Source: Candidatus Latescibacterota bacterium (GTDB lineage Bacteria; Latescibacterota; UBA2968; UBA8231). From it: a DNA stretch of 64,000 nucleotides. Every line of letters starts with the position of its first letter. Positions within the stretch are counted from its first letter, which is position 1. Where the stretch lies: the NCBI GenBank assembly GCA_965203175.1, contig OZ241867.1, positions 3,104,001 to 3,168,000 of the forward strand, given 5' to 3'. The notes under the pieces were generated by a model. It did no database searches and was not told where the DNA came from. It saw only the letters and a program-made list of their open reading frames with translations. The position numbers were made by a program, and so were the translations under genes. Below are positions 37,867-47,743 of the stretch, piece by piece.

Positions 37867-38991
37867 CTACGCTTCGTCGTGGATGACCTCAGTGATGCGG
37901 GCGTTGAGCAACTTCCATCGCTGGCCGACTCGTTCGAGATCGCCCTCCATTACAATAGGTTCCCTAGCTTGGTGGGCCTGAACGGCCCGTCCGTAGTCGG
38001 AGTGTTGTAGGACGGCGGTGACGGATTGGTTTTGGCCATCTATATACGCTTGCAGCGCAATCGTTCCGTCGGCTTCCGATTCGTCGCGCTTCATTCGCTG
38101 CACAAAACCAAATAGACGCACATTGGGTTCTGGCTCTCGTGCCCGCAGCAACCGCGCAGCCTCGCGCAGGATAGGCGCATCGCCCTCGGTGAATTGGACG
38201 GTATCTCGTACGGTATGCGTCGGGCGGGTTTGCGCCCAAACTACACTGATGTCCAGGGTTGGAAAGGGGCCGATGAGTTTGACGAGAGACTCGCACAAGT
38301 TGGCACTAACGCCATTGCCTACCGAGCCGAGAAAGAACCCCATATCCCCCCTAGTAGCGCTCTCGGTGGCCTCATGCGTCGTCCGCAATGCACCGACGAG
38401 GCGCTTGGTCACTTTCCGCTCTATCGGGTCGTCGTCCGAGGGCCAATTAGCGGAGAGAGATGCCTGCATTGGCGGGGGCACTACCGGGGACAACAGCGCC
38501 ACGACAAAGCTACCCTGTTCGGTTTGTCCCAAGCGCACCCGATCTAAGTAGTCACTGGCCTCTTTGTTTGCGCCAGGGCGATAGATAGGGCGCGGATCCT
38601 TAAGCGAGCAGGCCGCGGCGAGCAGCAGGTCGCGTGCTCCGTCCATAAGGTTGACGCCGTCATTTACTGACACAGTGCCTGCGCGGTCGCCCTCGGTAGC
38701 TCGCACCCGGATCACGTCGCGGTCGGCGGTGACCAAGTCGCGGTATAGTGCGAGTTCATCCCTTTCCGCGGCAGCGGTGAAGATCTCAATGAGGCGCGAT
38801 ACGACGTTGGCGTAGTCGCCGAGGCTCTGCGTTCGGGGCAGGATAATCTCTGGCAGGCCGGTTGCCTGATATACGTCAGAGTGATCGCCAAAGGCTTCTA
38901 TTTTCTTCCAGCCAGCGGCGCGGGCGTAGGCCGATAGGGCAGCGGGGGAAACGGCCAGTAAGGCTTCTTTGTCGCGGATGTGGACTTTCAT
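37867..38991 (-). CDS. Hypothetical protein, partner of the DUF4365 gene
   Basis: 374 aa; LSAYARAAGW, LGQTEQGSFVV, GVSANLCESL; ATGA overlap with upstream gene. Confidence 0.8.
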   Translation of the reverse strand: MKVHIRDKEALLAVSPAALSAYARAAGWKKIEAFGDHSDVYQATGLPEIILPRTQSLGDYANVVSRLIEIFTAAAERDELALYRDLVTADRDVIRVRATEGDRAGTVSVNDGVNLMDGARDLLLAAACSLKDPRPIYRPGANKEASDYLDRVRLGQTEQGSFVVALLSPVVPPPMQASLSANWPSDDDPIERKVTKRLVGALRTTHEATESATRGDMGFFLGSVGNGVSANLCESLVKLIGPFPTLDISVVWAQTRPTHTVRDTVQFTEGDAPILREAARLLRAREPEPNVRLFGFVQRMKRDESEADGTIALQAYIDGQNQSVTAVLQHSDYGRAVQAHQAREPIVMEGDLERVGQRWKLLNARITEVIHDEA

Positions 38992-39488
38992 TGGAGCTTT
39001 CCTCCCCTCGATTGTTCCATCAAACGGCGGAGACTATCGACGTTGAACAGATTCTCGGTCGGAATTGGCACGGTGACCGATGACTGGTTTGTCGTCTCCT
39101 GAAATCCTCTCAGATTCAGCCAATAGGCTCGATGTCTCAGGATGAGTTCAGCGGTAGTGATCGTCATCCACTGAGCTTCATCGTTCGGCAAGTCCAGCAC
39201 CATGAGTATTCGCGGCGTCTGCGTCTCGCCCCGCAGTAAGTCGTAATTGCGACGATTAAGTGGGAAGCGAAAATAACCGTCATGGGACTGGCCAAGATTG
39301 ATTGTCGCCTTCAACTGAAGCTCAAGGGCTGGTCGCTCCGCCCCGCCAGCTTGGATTCGCAGATCGACGCCGTCTCGATCAAAGTCATAGTTGGCCGTGA
39401 GATAGCCAGCGCGGGCGGCAACAGCCTGTGCATAGACCCGAGATAAGGCTTCTTCTTGGTCGGGAACCGTCAGTAATAGGTCAGGCAT
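38988..39488 (-). CDS. DUF4365 (PD-(D/E)xK-like) protein
   Basis: EALSRVYAQAVAARAG, DRDGVDL, LELQLKAT, NYDLLR, PRILMVLDLP, AYWLNL. Confidence 0.85.
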   Translation of the reverse strand: MPDLLLTVPDQEEALSRVYAQAVAARAGYLTANYDFDRDGVDLRIQAGGAERPALELQLKATINLGQSHDGYFRFPLNRRNYDLLRGETQTPRILMVLDLPNDEAQWMTITTAELILRHRAYWLNLRGFQETTNQSSVTVPIPTENLFNVDSLRRLMEQSRGGKLQ

Positions 39489-39593
39489 AGGGCGGTCTCA
39501 CGGCGGCCTATAGTGAAAATGTGGCCATTCCGATGGACTTTCTCAAGGGTTGCCCGTTTGCAAAAGCTGGAGCAGAAGGCGGTAACTACGAGC

Positions 39594-39869
39594 TCAATTT
39601 TGCGAGTGATCATCCTCTTCGCGCTTGGGAGCGGAGCCTATCTGCGGGCCGTCCTCGGCATCGCGCAGGGCGTTGCGGGCGTCGTGGAAGCGGCGGATGC
39701 GCCGCACGAAAATGAAGATCAGGCCCGCCAGTGCTACGTAGAGCAAGTACTGATAGATCGGCTCAGTCCAGCCCAGCACTACAGGCCAGAGGCTGGCGAT
39801 GCAGAGCAAAATAAAAATATCTTCGATCAGCTTGTGCCTTTTTTCGCGCTTCTCTTCTGGTTCAGACAT
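39594..39869 (-). CDS. Small two-TM membrane protein
   Basis: Two hydrophobic segments; overlaps the stop of the Slt gene. Confidence 0.7.
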   Translation of the reverse strand: MSEPEEKREKRHKLIEDIFILLCIASLWPVVLGWTEPIYQYLLYVALAGLIFIFVRRIRRFHDARNALRDAEDGPQIGSAPKREEDDHSQN

Positions 39870-42006
39870 CATCGGACAGGGCCTTGTAAATGGCGTAGTT
39901 TCTGAGGACTAGCTTGACGTAGAGGCGGGTTTCCTTGAAGGGAATGCGCTCGACGAAAGCGTCTGGATCTTCGGAGGGAAAGGTCTTGAGCCACCGGCGG
40001 GCGTTGTGCGGGCCGGCGTTGTACGCGGCCAAGCCCAGTTCAAAGCCCAAGTCCGCGCCCGCGTCGTTCGTGAATTGGCGCATTTGGTCGCCGAGAAAGT
40101 AACTGCCCAAGCGGATGGAGACGGCCGGGTCGAAGAGCGCGCGCAACTCAAAGGGTTTCACCTCCAACCTCCGCGCGAGGTTGAGGCCGGTATGGGGCAT
40201 GATTTGCATCAGGCCCCTGGCACCCGCCCGCGATACCGCTTTTTCGTTGAATGTACTCTCCTGGCGAATTACCGACAGGACCAGATAGGGGTCGATTTGA
40301 GCCTCGGCCGCGGCTGCCGCAATCTCTTCCCAGTAGTAAGTCGGGTAGATGCGCGACAATTCCTCTGGGTCTTGCCCGTCGAATAGGCGCAGCGATAGTC
40401 GCATAGCTTGGTCGCGAATGCCGAGCGCCTCGTAGTAGTCGCGGATGGCCTTTAGCGCAGTCTTGTGACCCTTGTAGTCGCGGACGGCTTGTTCCATCTC
40501 GGCTACCGACCAGTCCCTTAGCCCCAATTGGTTCAACAAGCCAGCGCGTTCGAGGTGTGCCCTGTGCGCTAGCGCGGGGACATCGTCTTGGCGGGGGTTG
40601 TCTGTGGGTCGCTTCTTGAGCTGGACCTGTTCTTTATGGCCCAACAGGACGGCGCGGGCCGAGTAGTAAGAGCGGGGAAATCCGGCGGCGGCGCGGCGAT
40701 AGAACGCGGTGGCGTCCTGTGTCTGGCCCAGCCGATCTGCACTTTTCCCAGCCCAATACAGGGATTGGTCGATGATGTGGGGCTGGCGCGCCTGCTGACT
40801 CGCGCGTTCAAAAGCGGCGCGGGCTTCGGAGTATTGCTCTTGGCAATAGAGCGCGAAGCCAGCGCTCCAACGCGCTTCGTCGCCGTAATCGGTCTGCGGG
40901 TAGTGTTCGGCTAGGCGGCCATAAAGCGTTGCGGCGCGGGCGAACTGGCTTTTGCGCTCGGCGGCTTTGGCGGCCTGCCACAGGGCGTCGTCGGCCAAGT
41001 CGTGCTGGGGGTAGCGCTTGGCAAAGCTCGCATAGGCTGCAATGGCCTTGTCTTCGCGGTTTCTGCGGACTGAGAGACTGGCGATGCGATACAGGGCCGC
41101 TGGGCTGCCGTAGCGCTCGTGAACCGTGCGAAAAACCTGCTCGGCCTTGGTGTAGTGCCCCGCAGATTGGTGGGCCCGGCCGAGCATGTAATGTGCTTTG
41201 GAGGCGCGCTGGTCGTCGCTGTGCGTGCGGACGAAGTGTCGAAAGCTCTTGATGGCTTGGTTGTACTGCTTGTGGCTGTAATAGGTGTGGGCCTTGGCAT
41301 AAGCCGTGCGGGCGTCGAGCTTCTTGGGCAGATGCGACAGGCTATTGCGGGCGTGCTTGGAACGGGGATGGTTCTCCAGCAGGTCTAAACGCCACTTTTG
41401 TGCCCGCGCTGAGTTGTGCTTTTGGCTGGTGGTTGCGAGCAAGTAGAGCACCCGCGCTGGATCGGAGTCTTGCGGGAGCTGCTCCTCGTACAGGGCGAGG
41501 GCCTTGGCGGGTTGGCCGGCGGTCTGGTAGAGGGAGGCCAAGCGCAGGCGGGCTGGGCTGCGGAGGATCGGGTTGGTCGAGGTAGTCAGAAAGTTTTCGT
41601 ACTCGGCGATGGCTTCATGCGTCTGGCCCATGTCCTCTAGGGAGCGGGCCATCCAGAAGCGGCGGTAGTCGTCCAAGGCCGGTAGGTCGAGGTCGCGCAA
41701 ACGATCGTACGCGCGGCTTGGCTCTTTGAGCATGCGCTCGCAAAACGCCCGTTGGAACTCGAGGTGTGCTTGAGCGGTCGGCTCGTGTTGGATCGTGTCT
41801 AACGCGGTGAGTTGGGGATAGGCGAGATCGCAGCGGTCTTCGGCGATCAGCACGGCGATTGGGCTAGGCGGCTCCGGCGTGAGAACCTCGGGAGGCGGCT
41901 CGGGGGGAGGCTCAGTGGGGGCCGAAAAGTAGAAATAGACTCCTGGTAGCAGGACCAGCAGAATCAGGGTTAGCGTTGTCCAAGCCCATTTGGCTTTGTC
42001 GGTCAT
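39862..42006 (-). CDS. TPR-containing soluble lytic transglycosylase (Slt family)
   Basis: TPR helices; VIRQESTF, SRAGARGLMQIMP, LAAYNAGP, ERIPFKETRLYVK. Confidence 0.92.
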   Translation of the reverse strand: MTDKAKWAWTTLTLILLVLLPGVYFYFSAPTEPPPEPPPEVLTPEPPSPIAVLIAEDRCDLAYPQLTALDTIQHEPTAQAHLEFQRAFCERMLKEPSRAYDRLRDLDLPALDDYRRFWMARSLEDMGQTHEAIAEYENFLTTSTNPILRSPARLRLASLYQTAGQPAKALALYEEQLPQDSDPARVLYLLATTSQKHNSARAQKWRLDLLENHPRSKHARNSLSHLPKKLDARTAYAKAHTYYSHKQYNQAIKSFRHFVRTHSDDQRASKAHYMLGRAHQSAGHYTKAEQVFRTVHERYGSPAALYRIASLSVRRNREDKAIAAYASFAKRYPQHDLADDALWQAAKAAERKSQFARAATLYGRLAEHYPQTDYGDEARWSAGFALYCQEQYSEARAAFERASQQARQPHIIDQSLYWAGKSADRLGQTQDATAFYRRAAAGFPRSYYSARAVLLGHKEQVQLKKRPTDNPRQDDVPALAHRAHLERAGLLNQLGLRDWSVAEMEQAVRDYKGHKTALKAIRDYYEALGIRDQAMRLSLRLFDGQDPEELSRIYPTYYWEEIAAAAAEAQIDPYLVLSVIRQESTFNEKAVSRAGARGLMQIMPHTGLNLARRLEVKPFELRALFDPAVSIRLGSYFLGDQMRQFTNDAGADLGFELGLAAYNAGPHNARRWLKTFPSEDPDAFVERIPFKETRLYVKLVLRNYAIYKALSDDV

Positions 42007-42191
42007 TGGTATTGAAAAGGTTTAAAGTGGATCGCTATTAGACGCGCCAGCGGCGCATCGCGCTCTCAAAAATACAACGGCCTAGCGTTAGGGGCCAAGC
42101 GAAAAATCGCCGTGCGATAGCGCGGCAAATAGGGCCAAGCACCCAGCGAATGGCCACTAGCGGCGCATCTTAGGACGTTAGGCGTCGTGCT

Positions 42192-43607
42192 TCAGCGGCG
42201 TTTGGGTGCGTAGAGGTGCGTGCTCTGGCCGCGGTGGCTTTCGGCCGCTTCCATGAGGGTTTCGGAGAGCGTGGGATGGGGGTGGATCGAAAGCTGGACA
42301 TCTGCTGCGAGCGCGGCCATTTCCACGGCCAGGACGCCCTCGGCGATCAGCTCGCCCGCGCCGCTGCCGGCAATGCCCACGCCTAGGATGCGGTCGGTCT
42401 GGGGATCGATGAGTAGCTTGGTGAGGCCGTCATTTGCGCCTTGAGTCATGGCACGGCCAGAAGCCGACCAGGGAAAACGCGCGACTTCAACCGAGCGGCC
42501 CTGCTGTTTGGCCTCTTCCTCAGTAAGGCCGCACCAAGCGATTTCCGGGTCGGTATAGACGACGTTGGGAATGGCTTGGGGTGCAAAGACCTGTTTTTCG
42601 TGTCCAGCCACGACCTCGGCTGCTAGGCTTCCTTGGTGGGCGGCCGTATGGGCGAGGGCCGCGCCTACGAGGTCGCCAATGGCGAAAATCGAAGACTCGG
42701 CCGTGCGCAGTTGGTCATCGACCTGGACGTAGCCGTGCCCGTCGAGGCCGACGGCGGTGTGTTCCAAACCCAAGTCTTCGCTATTGGGGACCCGGCCAAC
42801 GGCGAGCAGGATTTTGGCATAAGTCTTGGAAAAGCTCTGGCCGTCGCTGTTCTGTAACTGTACCGCTAAGCCATCGTCGCTCTCGGCGAGTGCGGTCACT
42901 TGGGTGTTGAGCATGATCTCGTCGAAGCGCTCGGCGGCCGTGTTGTGCAGGGGTTTGACCAAGTCGCGGTCGGCCGGGGGAATCAGCCCGGGGAGCATTT
43001 CGACGACCGAAACCTGGGTTCCCAACGCCGCGTACACCTGCCCTAGTTCCATGCCGATGATGCCGCCGCCGACGACGAGCATGGAAGCGGGTATGTCGGG
43101 GAGTGCGACGGCTGCGGTCGAATCCATGATGCAATCGCTCGGCTGGTCAAAGAGCGCGGGCACGGCTGGGCGCGACCCACTGGCGAGGATGGCGTGTTCA
43201 AACTGCAATGCGTCTTGACTGCCGTCGGCTTTGTCGATTTGCAAGGTGTGGGGATCGACAAAGCGGGCGCGTCCCTGCACGTAGGTCAGCTTGCGCGCCC
43301 TGACGAGTTGACCTAGGCCCTGCGTCATCTTGGCGACGACCTCATCCTTCCAATTCCGCAACTTGTCGAGGTCAATCTCGGGCGCGGCGAATTGGATGCC
43401 CCAGTGCTCGGCTTCTCTCGCTTCGTAGAGAAGCTTGGAAATGTGCAGGAGGGACTTGGAGGGGATGCAGCCTCGGTAGAGGCAAACGCCGCCTGGATGG
43501 GCTTCGGGATCGATCAATGCGACGTCCAACCCCAAGTCCGCGGCCTTAAAGGCGGCGACGTAGCCGCCCGGACCACCGCCGATGACCGCTAGCTGGGCTT
43601 TGTCCAT
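42192..43607 (-). CDS. lpdA: Dihydrolipoyl dehydrogenase (E3)
   Basis: GGGPGGY, GGVCLYRGCIPSK, HPHPTLSE. Confidence 0.95.
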   Translation of the reverse strand: MDKAQLAVIGGGPGGYVAAFKAADLGLDVALIDPEAHPGGVCLYRGCIPSKSLLHISKLLYEAREAEHWGIQFAAPEIDLDKLRNWKDEVVAKMTQGLGQLVRARKLTYVQGRARFVDPHTLQIDKADGSQDALQFEHAILASGSRPAVPALFDQPSDCIMDSTAAVALPDIPASMLVVGGGIIGMELGQVYAALGTQVSVVEMLPGLIPPADRDLVKPLHNTAAERFDEIMLNTQVTALAESDDGLAVQLQNSDGQSFSKTYAKILLAVGRVPNSEDLGLEHTAVGLDGHGYVQVDDQLRTAESSIFAIGDLVGAALAHTAAHQGSLAAEVVAGHEKQVFAPQAIPNVVYTDPEIAWCGLTEEEAKQQGRSVEVARFPWSASGRAMTQGANDGLTKLLIDPQTDRILGVGIAGSGAGELIAEGVLAVEMAALAADVQLSIHPHPTLSETLMEAAESHRGQSTHLYAPKRR

Positions 43608-43614
43608 AGCTGCC

Positions 43615-44910
43615 TCAGCCTTCCAAGAGCGCGATAAAGGGGTCTTCCAATGCCGTGCAGATCCAGCGGAGGAAGCGCGCGCCATCGGCCCCGTCGATCA
43701 GGCGATGGTCGTAGGACAGCGACAGGGGCAGGAAGGTGCGCGGCTGGAACTGGCCGTCGATATACGCGGGTTCGACTTGCGAGCGCGCCACTCCGAGGAT
43801 TGCCACTTCGGGCGGGTTGACAATGGGTGTAAAGGCGGTGCCGCCCATGGTGCCGACATTGCTGAGGGTCATGGATCCGCCCTGCATGTCGGCCGGTCCG
43901 ATTTTGCGCTCGCGCGTCTTTTGCGCTAGCTCGCTGAGCTCGACCGCTAGCTCGATGATGCTCTTTTGGTCCACGTCGCGCACCACTGGCACGAGCAGGC
44001 CGTGGGGGGTATCGACGGCAATGCCGATGTGGAAGTAGCGTTTGTACACGACTTCCCGCTGGGCTATGTCGATGCTGGCGTTGAACTGCGGGAAGACCTT
44101 GAGGGCGATGCCGAGTATTTTGATGAGGATTGCGGTTGGCGTCAGCTTGCCGCCGGCTGCTTCGGCCTTTTTGCCGTATTCTGCGCGCCACTTTTCCAAG
44201 CTGGTGATGTCGGCCTTGTCGAATTGGGTGACCTGCGGGATGGTGGCCCAAGCCTGCGCTAGGCGCTCGGCGGTTATCTCGCGCACCTTGGTCATGGACT
44301 GGCGCTCGACAGCGCCCCACTGGCTGAAGTCGGGCAGCGGTGCGGATGCGATTGGGGCTGCAACCCCCGCTGCGTGCAGCTTTTTTGAGTGCGCTTTGAC
44401 GTCGTCAATTGAGATTCGGTCGCCTGGGCCTGTGCCTTGGACCTGCGCAATATCGACGCCAATCTCGCGGGCTAGGCGGCGCGTCGATGGTGCGGCTGGG
44501 ACGGGGCCGTCTGTAGATGCAGCTATGGGCGCGAGAGGGACTTCTTCGACGACCGGGATGGCCTTTTGTTCTTGTGGGATTGGGGTAGGGGCTGGTTCCT
44601 CTACCGGTGCAGGCGCAGGAGCTGGTTCCTCGGCGGCTGGGGGCGTTTCCTCTGCGGCCGAGGCTTCGCCCTCGCCCGTCTCGACTTCGAGGATGGGCTG
44701 CCCGACGGCGATGGTGTCGCCCTGTTGGATGAGAATTCCGGTAACGGTGCCGTCTATGGAGGAGGGCACCTCAATGACGGCCTTGTCGGTTTCAAGCTCG
44801 ATGACGGTCTGGTCTTCGGCGAGGCGATCACCGACATCGACAAGGATGCGGATCACATCGCCACTTTCGATGTTTTCTCCCAAGTCGGGCAGAGCAAATT
44901 GTACGGGCAT
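43615..44910 (-). CDS. aceF: Dihydrolipoamide acetyltransferase (E2), single lipoyl domain
   Basis: ETDKA lipoyl site, AAPSTRRLARE, SYDHRLIDGA. Confidence 0.93.
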   Translation of the reverse strand: MPVQFALPDLGENIESGDVIRILVDVGDRLAEDQTVIELETDKAVIEVPSSIDGTVTGILIQQGDTIAVGQPILEVETGEGEASAAEETPPAAEEPAPAPAPVEEPAPTPIPQEQKAIPVVEEVPLAPIAASTDGPVPAAPSTRRLAREIGVDIAQVQGTGPGDRISIDDVKAHSKKLHAAGVAAPIASAPLPDFSQWGAVERQSMTKVREITAERLAQAWATIPQVTQFDKADITSLEKWRAEYGKKAEAAGGKLTPTAILIKILGIALKVFPQFNASIDIAQREVVYKRYFHIGIAVDTPHGLLVPVVRDVDQKSIIELAVELSELAQKTRERKIGPADMQGGSMTLSNVGTMGGTAFTPIVNPPEVAILGVARSQVEPAYIDGQFQPRTFLPLSLSYDHRLIDGADGARFLRWICTALEDPFIALLEG

Positions 44911-44924
44911 AGGGTGATCTAAAC

Positions 44925-47585
44925 TCACAGGTAAATGGGATTGGGTCTTGCCGGATCAATCTCTAGGTCTTGCATGGCTTGGGCGACTGCGTCGCATTCG
45001 ATTTGCCCCTCGCGCGCCAGCGCGCTTAAGGCCCCCAAGGCTATGAAGCGGTAATCAACCTCAAAGTGGTCGCGCAGGGCCTCGCGGGTCTCGCTGCGGC
45101 CGAAGCCATCGGTGCCGAGAGAGACGGGCGGGTTGGGAAACCAGCGGGCAATGGATTCCGGGAGGGCCTTGACGTAGTCCGAGGCCATGACGTACACGCC
45201 GCGTTCTTTGGCTAGGGATTGTTCGATGTAGCTGAGACGGGGTTTTTCGCCGGGATGCAGGCGGTTCCAACGCTCGGCATCGAGGGCGTCGCGGTGCAGA
45301 GCCTTGTAGCTGGTGATGCTCCAGACATCTGCGCTGACTTGGTATTTTTCTTCGAGGAGGCTCTGCGCTTTGAGGGCGCTGTTGATGATTGCGCCGCTGC
45401 CGAAGAGGTGAGCCTTGAGGCGGGCGCGTTTCTTGGCCGAGGGCTTGAACTTGTACATGCCCTTGAGAATGCCTTCTTCGACTCCGTCGGGCATCTCCGG
45501 CATGGCATAGATGTCGTTTTCGACTGTTAGGTAGTAGAACACGTCCTCCTGCTCGACGTACATGCGGCGGATGCCCTCGCGGATGATGACGGCAATCTCG
45601 TAGCCGAAAGCGGGATCGTAGGCTTCGAGATTGGGCACGGGATAGGCCAAGAGGTGGCTGTGCCCGTCCTCGTGTTGCAGCCCTTCGCCGTTGAGCGTGG
45701 TGCGCCCAGCCGTGCCGCCGACCATGAAGCCCTTGACCCGCATGTCGCCCGCTAGCCAGACTAAATCGCCGATCCGCTGCATCCCGAACATCGAGTAGTA
45801 GATGAAGAAGGGGATGGTGTTGATGCCGTGAGTAGCATAGGCCGAGCCGGCCGCGATAAAGGAGGACATAGAGCCGGCCTCGGTGATGCCCTCTTCGAGT
45901 ATCTGGCCGTCTTTGGCCTCTTTGTAGTAGGTGATGACGTCTTTGTCAACCGGCTCGTATAACTGGCCTAGGCTCGAATAGATCCCGAACTGACGGAAGA
46001 GCGGCTCCATGCCGAAAGTGCGCGATTCGTCGGGGACGATAGGGACGACTAAATTGCCGATTTGCTTGTCTTGCATGAGCTTGCGCATGACTGCGACAAA
46101 GGCCATCGTCGTGGCAAACTCGCGCTTGCCCGAGCTCTTTTTGAATTCGTCCCACAGCGTTTCCGGCGGCATGGTCAGCGGGGGAGCCATTACCTGCCGC
46201 TGGGGCACGTAGCCGCCGAGGCTTTCCCGCCGCTGGCGGATGTACTGGATTTCCGGGCTGTCGTCCGGGGGCCGGTAGAACGGCGTCTCCGCGACCTCGT
46301 CGTCCGAGATGGGAATGCCGAAGCGGGTGCGGAAAAGGCGGATCTCGTCCTCGTTGAGCTTTTTTTGCTGATGGGTAATGTTCTTGCCCTCGCCAGCCTC
46401 GCCCATGCCGTAGCCCTTAATGGTCTTGGCGAGGATGACGGTGGGCGCACTTTTTTGGGCGATGGCTTGCTGGTAGGCGGCATAGACCTTTTCTGGGTCG
46501 TGGCCGCCGCGCCGCATTTTCTGGAGTTGTTCGTCCGAGTGGTGCTCGACCATTGCGGCTAGTTTCGGGTCGGTGCCGAAGAAGTCGTGGCGGATGTAGC
46601 TGCCGTCGGAGACCGAGTACTTCTGGTACTGGCCATCGACGACCTCGTTCATGCGCTGGGCTAAGCTGCCGTCGGTGTCCTGTTCCAAGAGCGGATCCCA
46701 GTCGTCGCCCCAGATCACCTTGACGACGTTCCAACCGGCACCGCGGAAGACCGCTTCGAGTTCTTGTATTATCTTTCCATTGCCGCGCACGGGGCCGTCG
46801 AGGCGCTGGAGGTTGCAGTTGACGACCCAGATGAGGTTGTTGAGTTGTTCGCGCGCAGCGAGGGTGAGCGCGCCCAAGCTCTCGGGCTCGTCGCATTCGC
46901 CGTCGCCCAAAAAGGCCCACACCTTGCTGTCGTCAACGGGCTTGAGGCCGCGGTTTTCGAGGTAGCGGTTGAAGCGAGCCTGATAGATCGAAAGGATTGG
47001 CCCCAAGCCCATAGACACGGTCGGGAACTGCCAAAAGTCCGGCATCAGCCAGGGGTGTGGATAGGAGGCGAGGCCACCGCCTTCTTGCAACTCGCGGCGG
47101 AAATTTTCCAACTGATGCTCGTTGAGGCGCCCTTCGAGAAAGGCGCGGGCGTAGATGCCGGGGGAGGCGTGTCCTTGGAAGTATATCTGGTCGCCGGGAT
47201 GGCCGTTGCTGGGGGCGCGGAAAAAGTGGTTGTAGCCGACCTCGTAGAGAGTGGCCGAAGAGGCGTAGGTCGAGATGTGGCCGCCGAGGTTGGAGTTATC
47301 GTGATTGGCGCGCACGACCATGGCCATGGCGTTCCAGCGCACGATGCTTTTGATCCGTCGCTCAATCTCGCGGCTGCCCGGATAGGGTGGCTGCTGATCG
47401 CGGGGAATGGTGTTGATGTAGGGCGTATTGACGCTGAAGGGCGTGCCGACGCCGGCTTCTGCGGCGTGGGTTTGGAGCTGTTGTAGGAGCTTGAGGACCT
47501 GCGCGGGCGTCCTATGGGCCAGCACGTAATCGAGGGATTCGAGCCACTCGCTCAGTTCGGCTTGTAGTTCTTGGGCGTTGCTCAT
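44925..47585 (-). CDS. aceE: Pyruvate dehydrogenase E1, homodimeric type
   Basis: GGHISTYAS, FQGHASPG, PTVSMGLG, GDGECDEPE, GEGLQH. Confidence 0.97.
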   Translation of the reverse strand: MSNAQELQAELSEWLESLDYVLAHRTPAQVLKLLQQLQTHAAEAGVGTPFSVNTPYINTIPRDQQPPYPGSREIERRIKSIVRWNAMAMVVRANHDNSNLGGHISTYASSATLYEVGYNHFFRAPSNGHPGDQIYFQGHASPGIYARAFLEGRLNEHQLENFRRELQEGGGLASYPHPWLMPDFWQFPTVSMGLGPILSIYQARFNRYLENRGLKPVDDSKVWAFLGDGECDEPESLGALTLAAREQLNNLIWVVNCNLQRLDGPVRGNGKIIQELEAVFRGAGWNVVKVIWGDDWDPLLEQDTDGSLAQRMNEVVDGQYQKYSVSDGSYIRHDFFGTDPKLAAMVEHHSDEQLQKMRRGGHDPEKVYAAYQQAIAQKSAPTVILAKTIKGYGMGEAGEGKNITHQQKKLNEDEIRLFRTRFGIPISDDEVAETPFYRPPDDSPEIQYIRQRRESLGGYVPQRQVMAPPLTMPPETLWDEFKKSSGKREFATTMAFVAVMRKLMQDKQIGNLVVPIVPDESRTFGMEPLFRQFGIYSSLGQLYEPVDKDVITYYKEAKDGQILEEGITEAGSMSSFIAAGSAYATHGINTIPFFIYYSMFGMQRIGDLVWLAGDMRVKGFMVGGTAGRTTLNGEGLQHEDGHSHLLAYPVPNLEAYDPAFGYEIAVIIREGIRRMYVEQEDVFYYLTVENDIYAMPEMPDGVEEGILKGMYKFKPSAKKRARLKAHLFGSGAIINSALKAQSLLEEKYQVSADVWSITSYKALHRDALDAERWNRLHPGEKPRLSYIEQSLAKERGVYVMASDYVKALPESIARWFPNPPVSLGTDGFGRSETREALRDHFEVDYRFIALGALSALAREGQIECDAVAQAMQDLEIDPARPNPIYL

Positions 47586-47743
47586 GGCTGAAACAATTCC
47601 TTTGCGTAGGCCGTCTTATAGGTCGAAAAAAGATAATAAGCACGTGTTTTCTTGGCAAAAAACCGTTTTGTTACAATCAGTTATAATAGTATAGTAGATA
47701 TTGCCACTCGCGCTGACAGTCGGCGCAGAAAGAGAGGCTTTCG

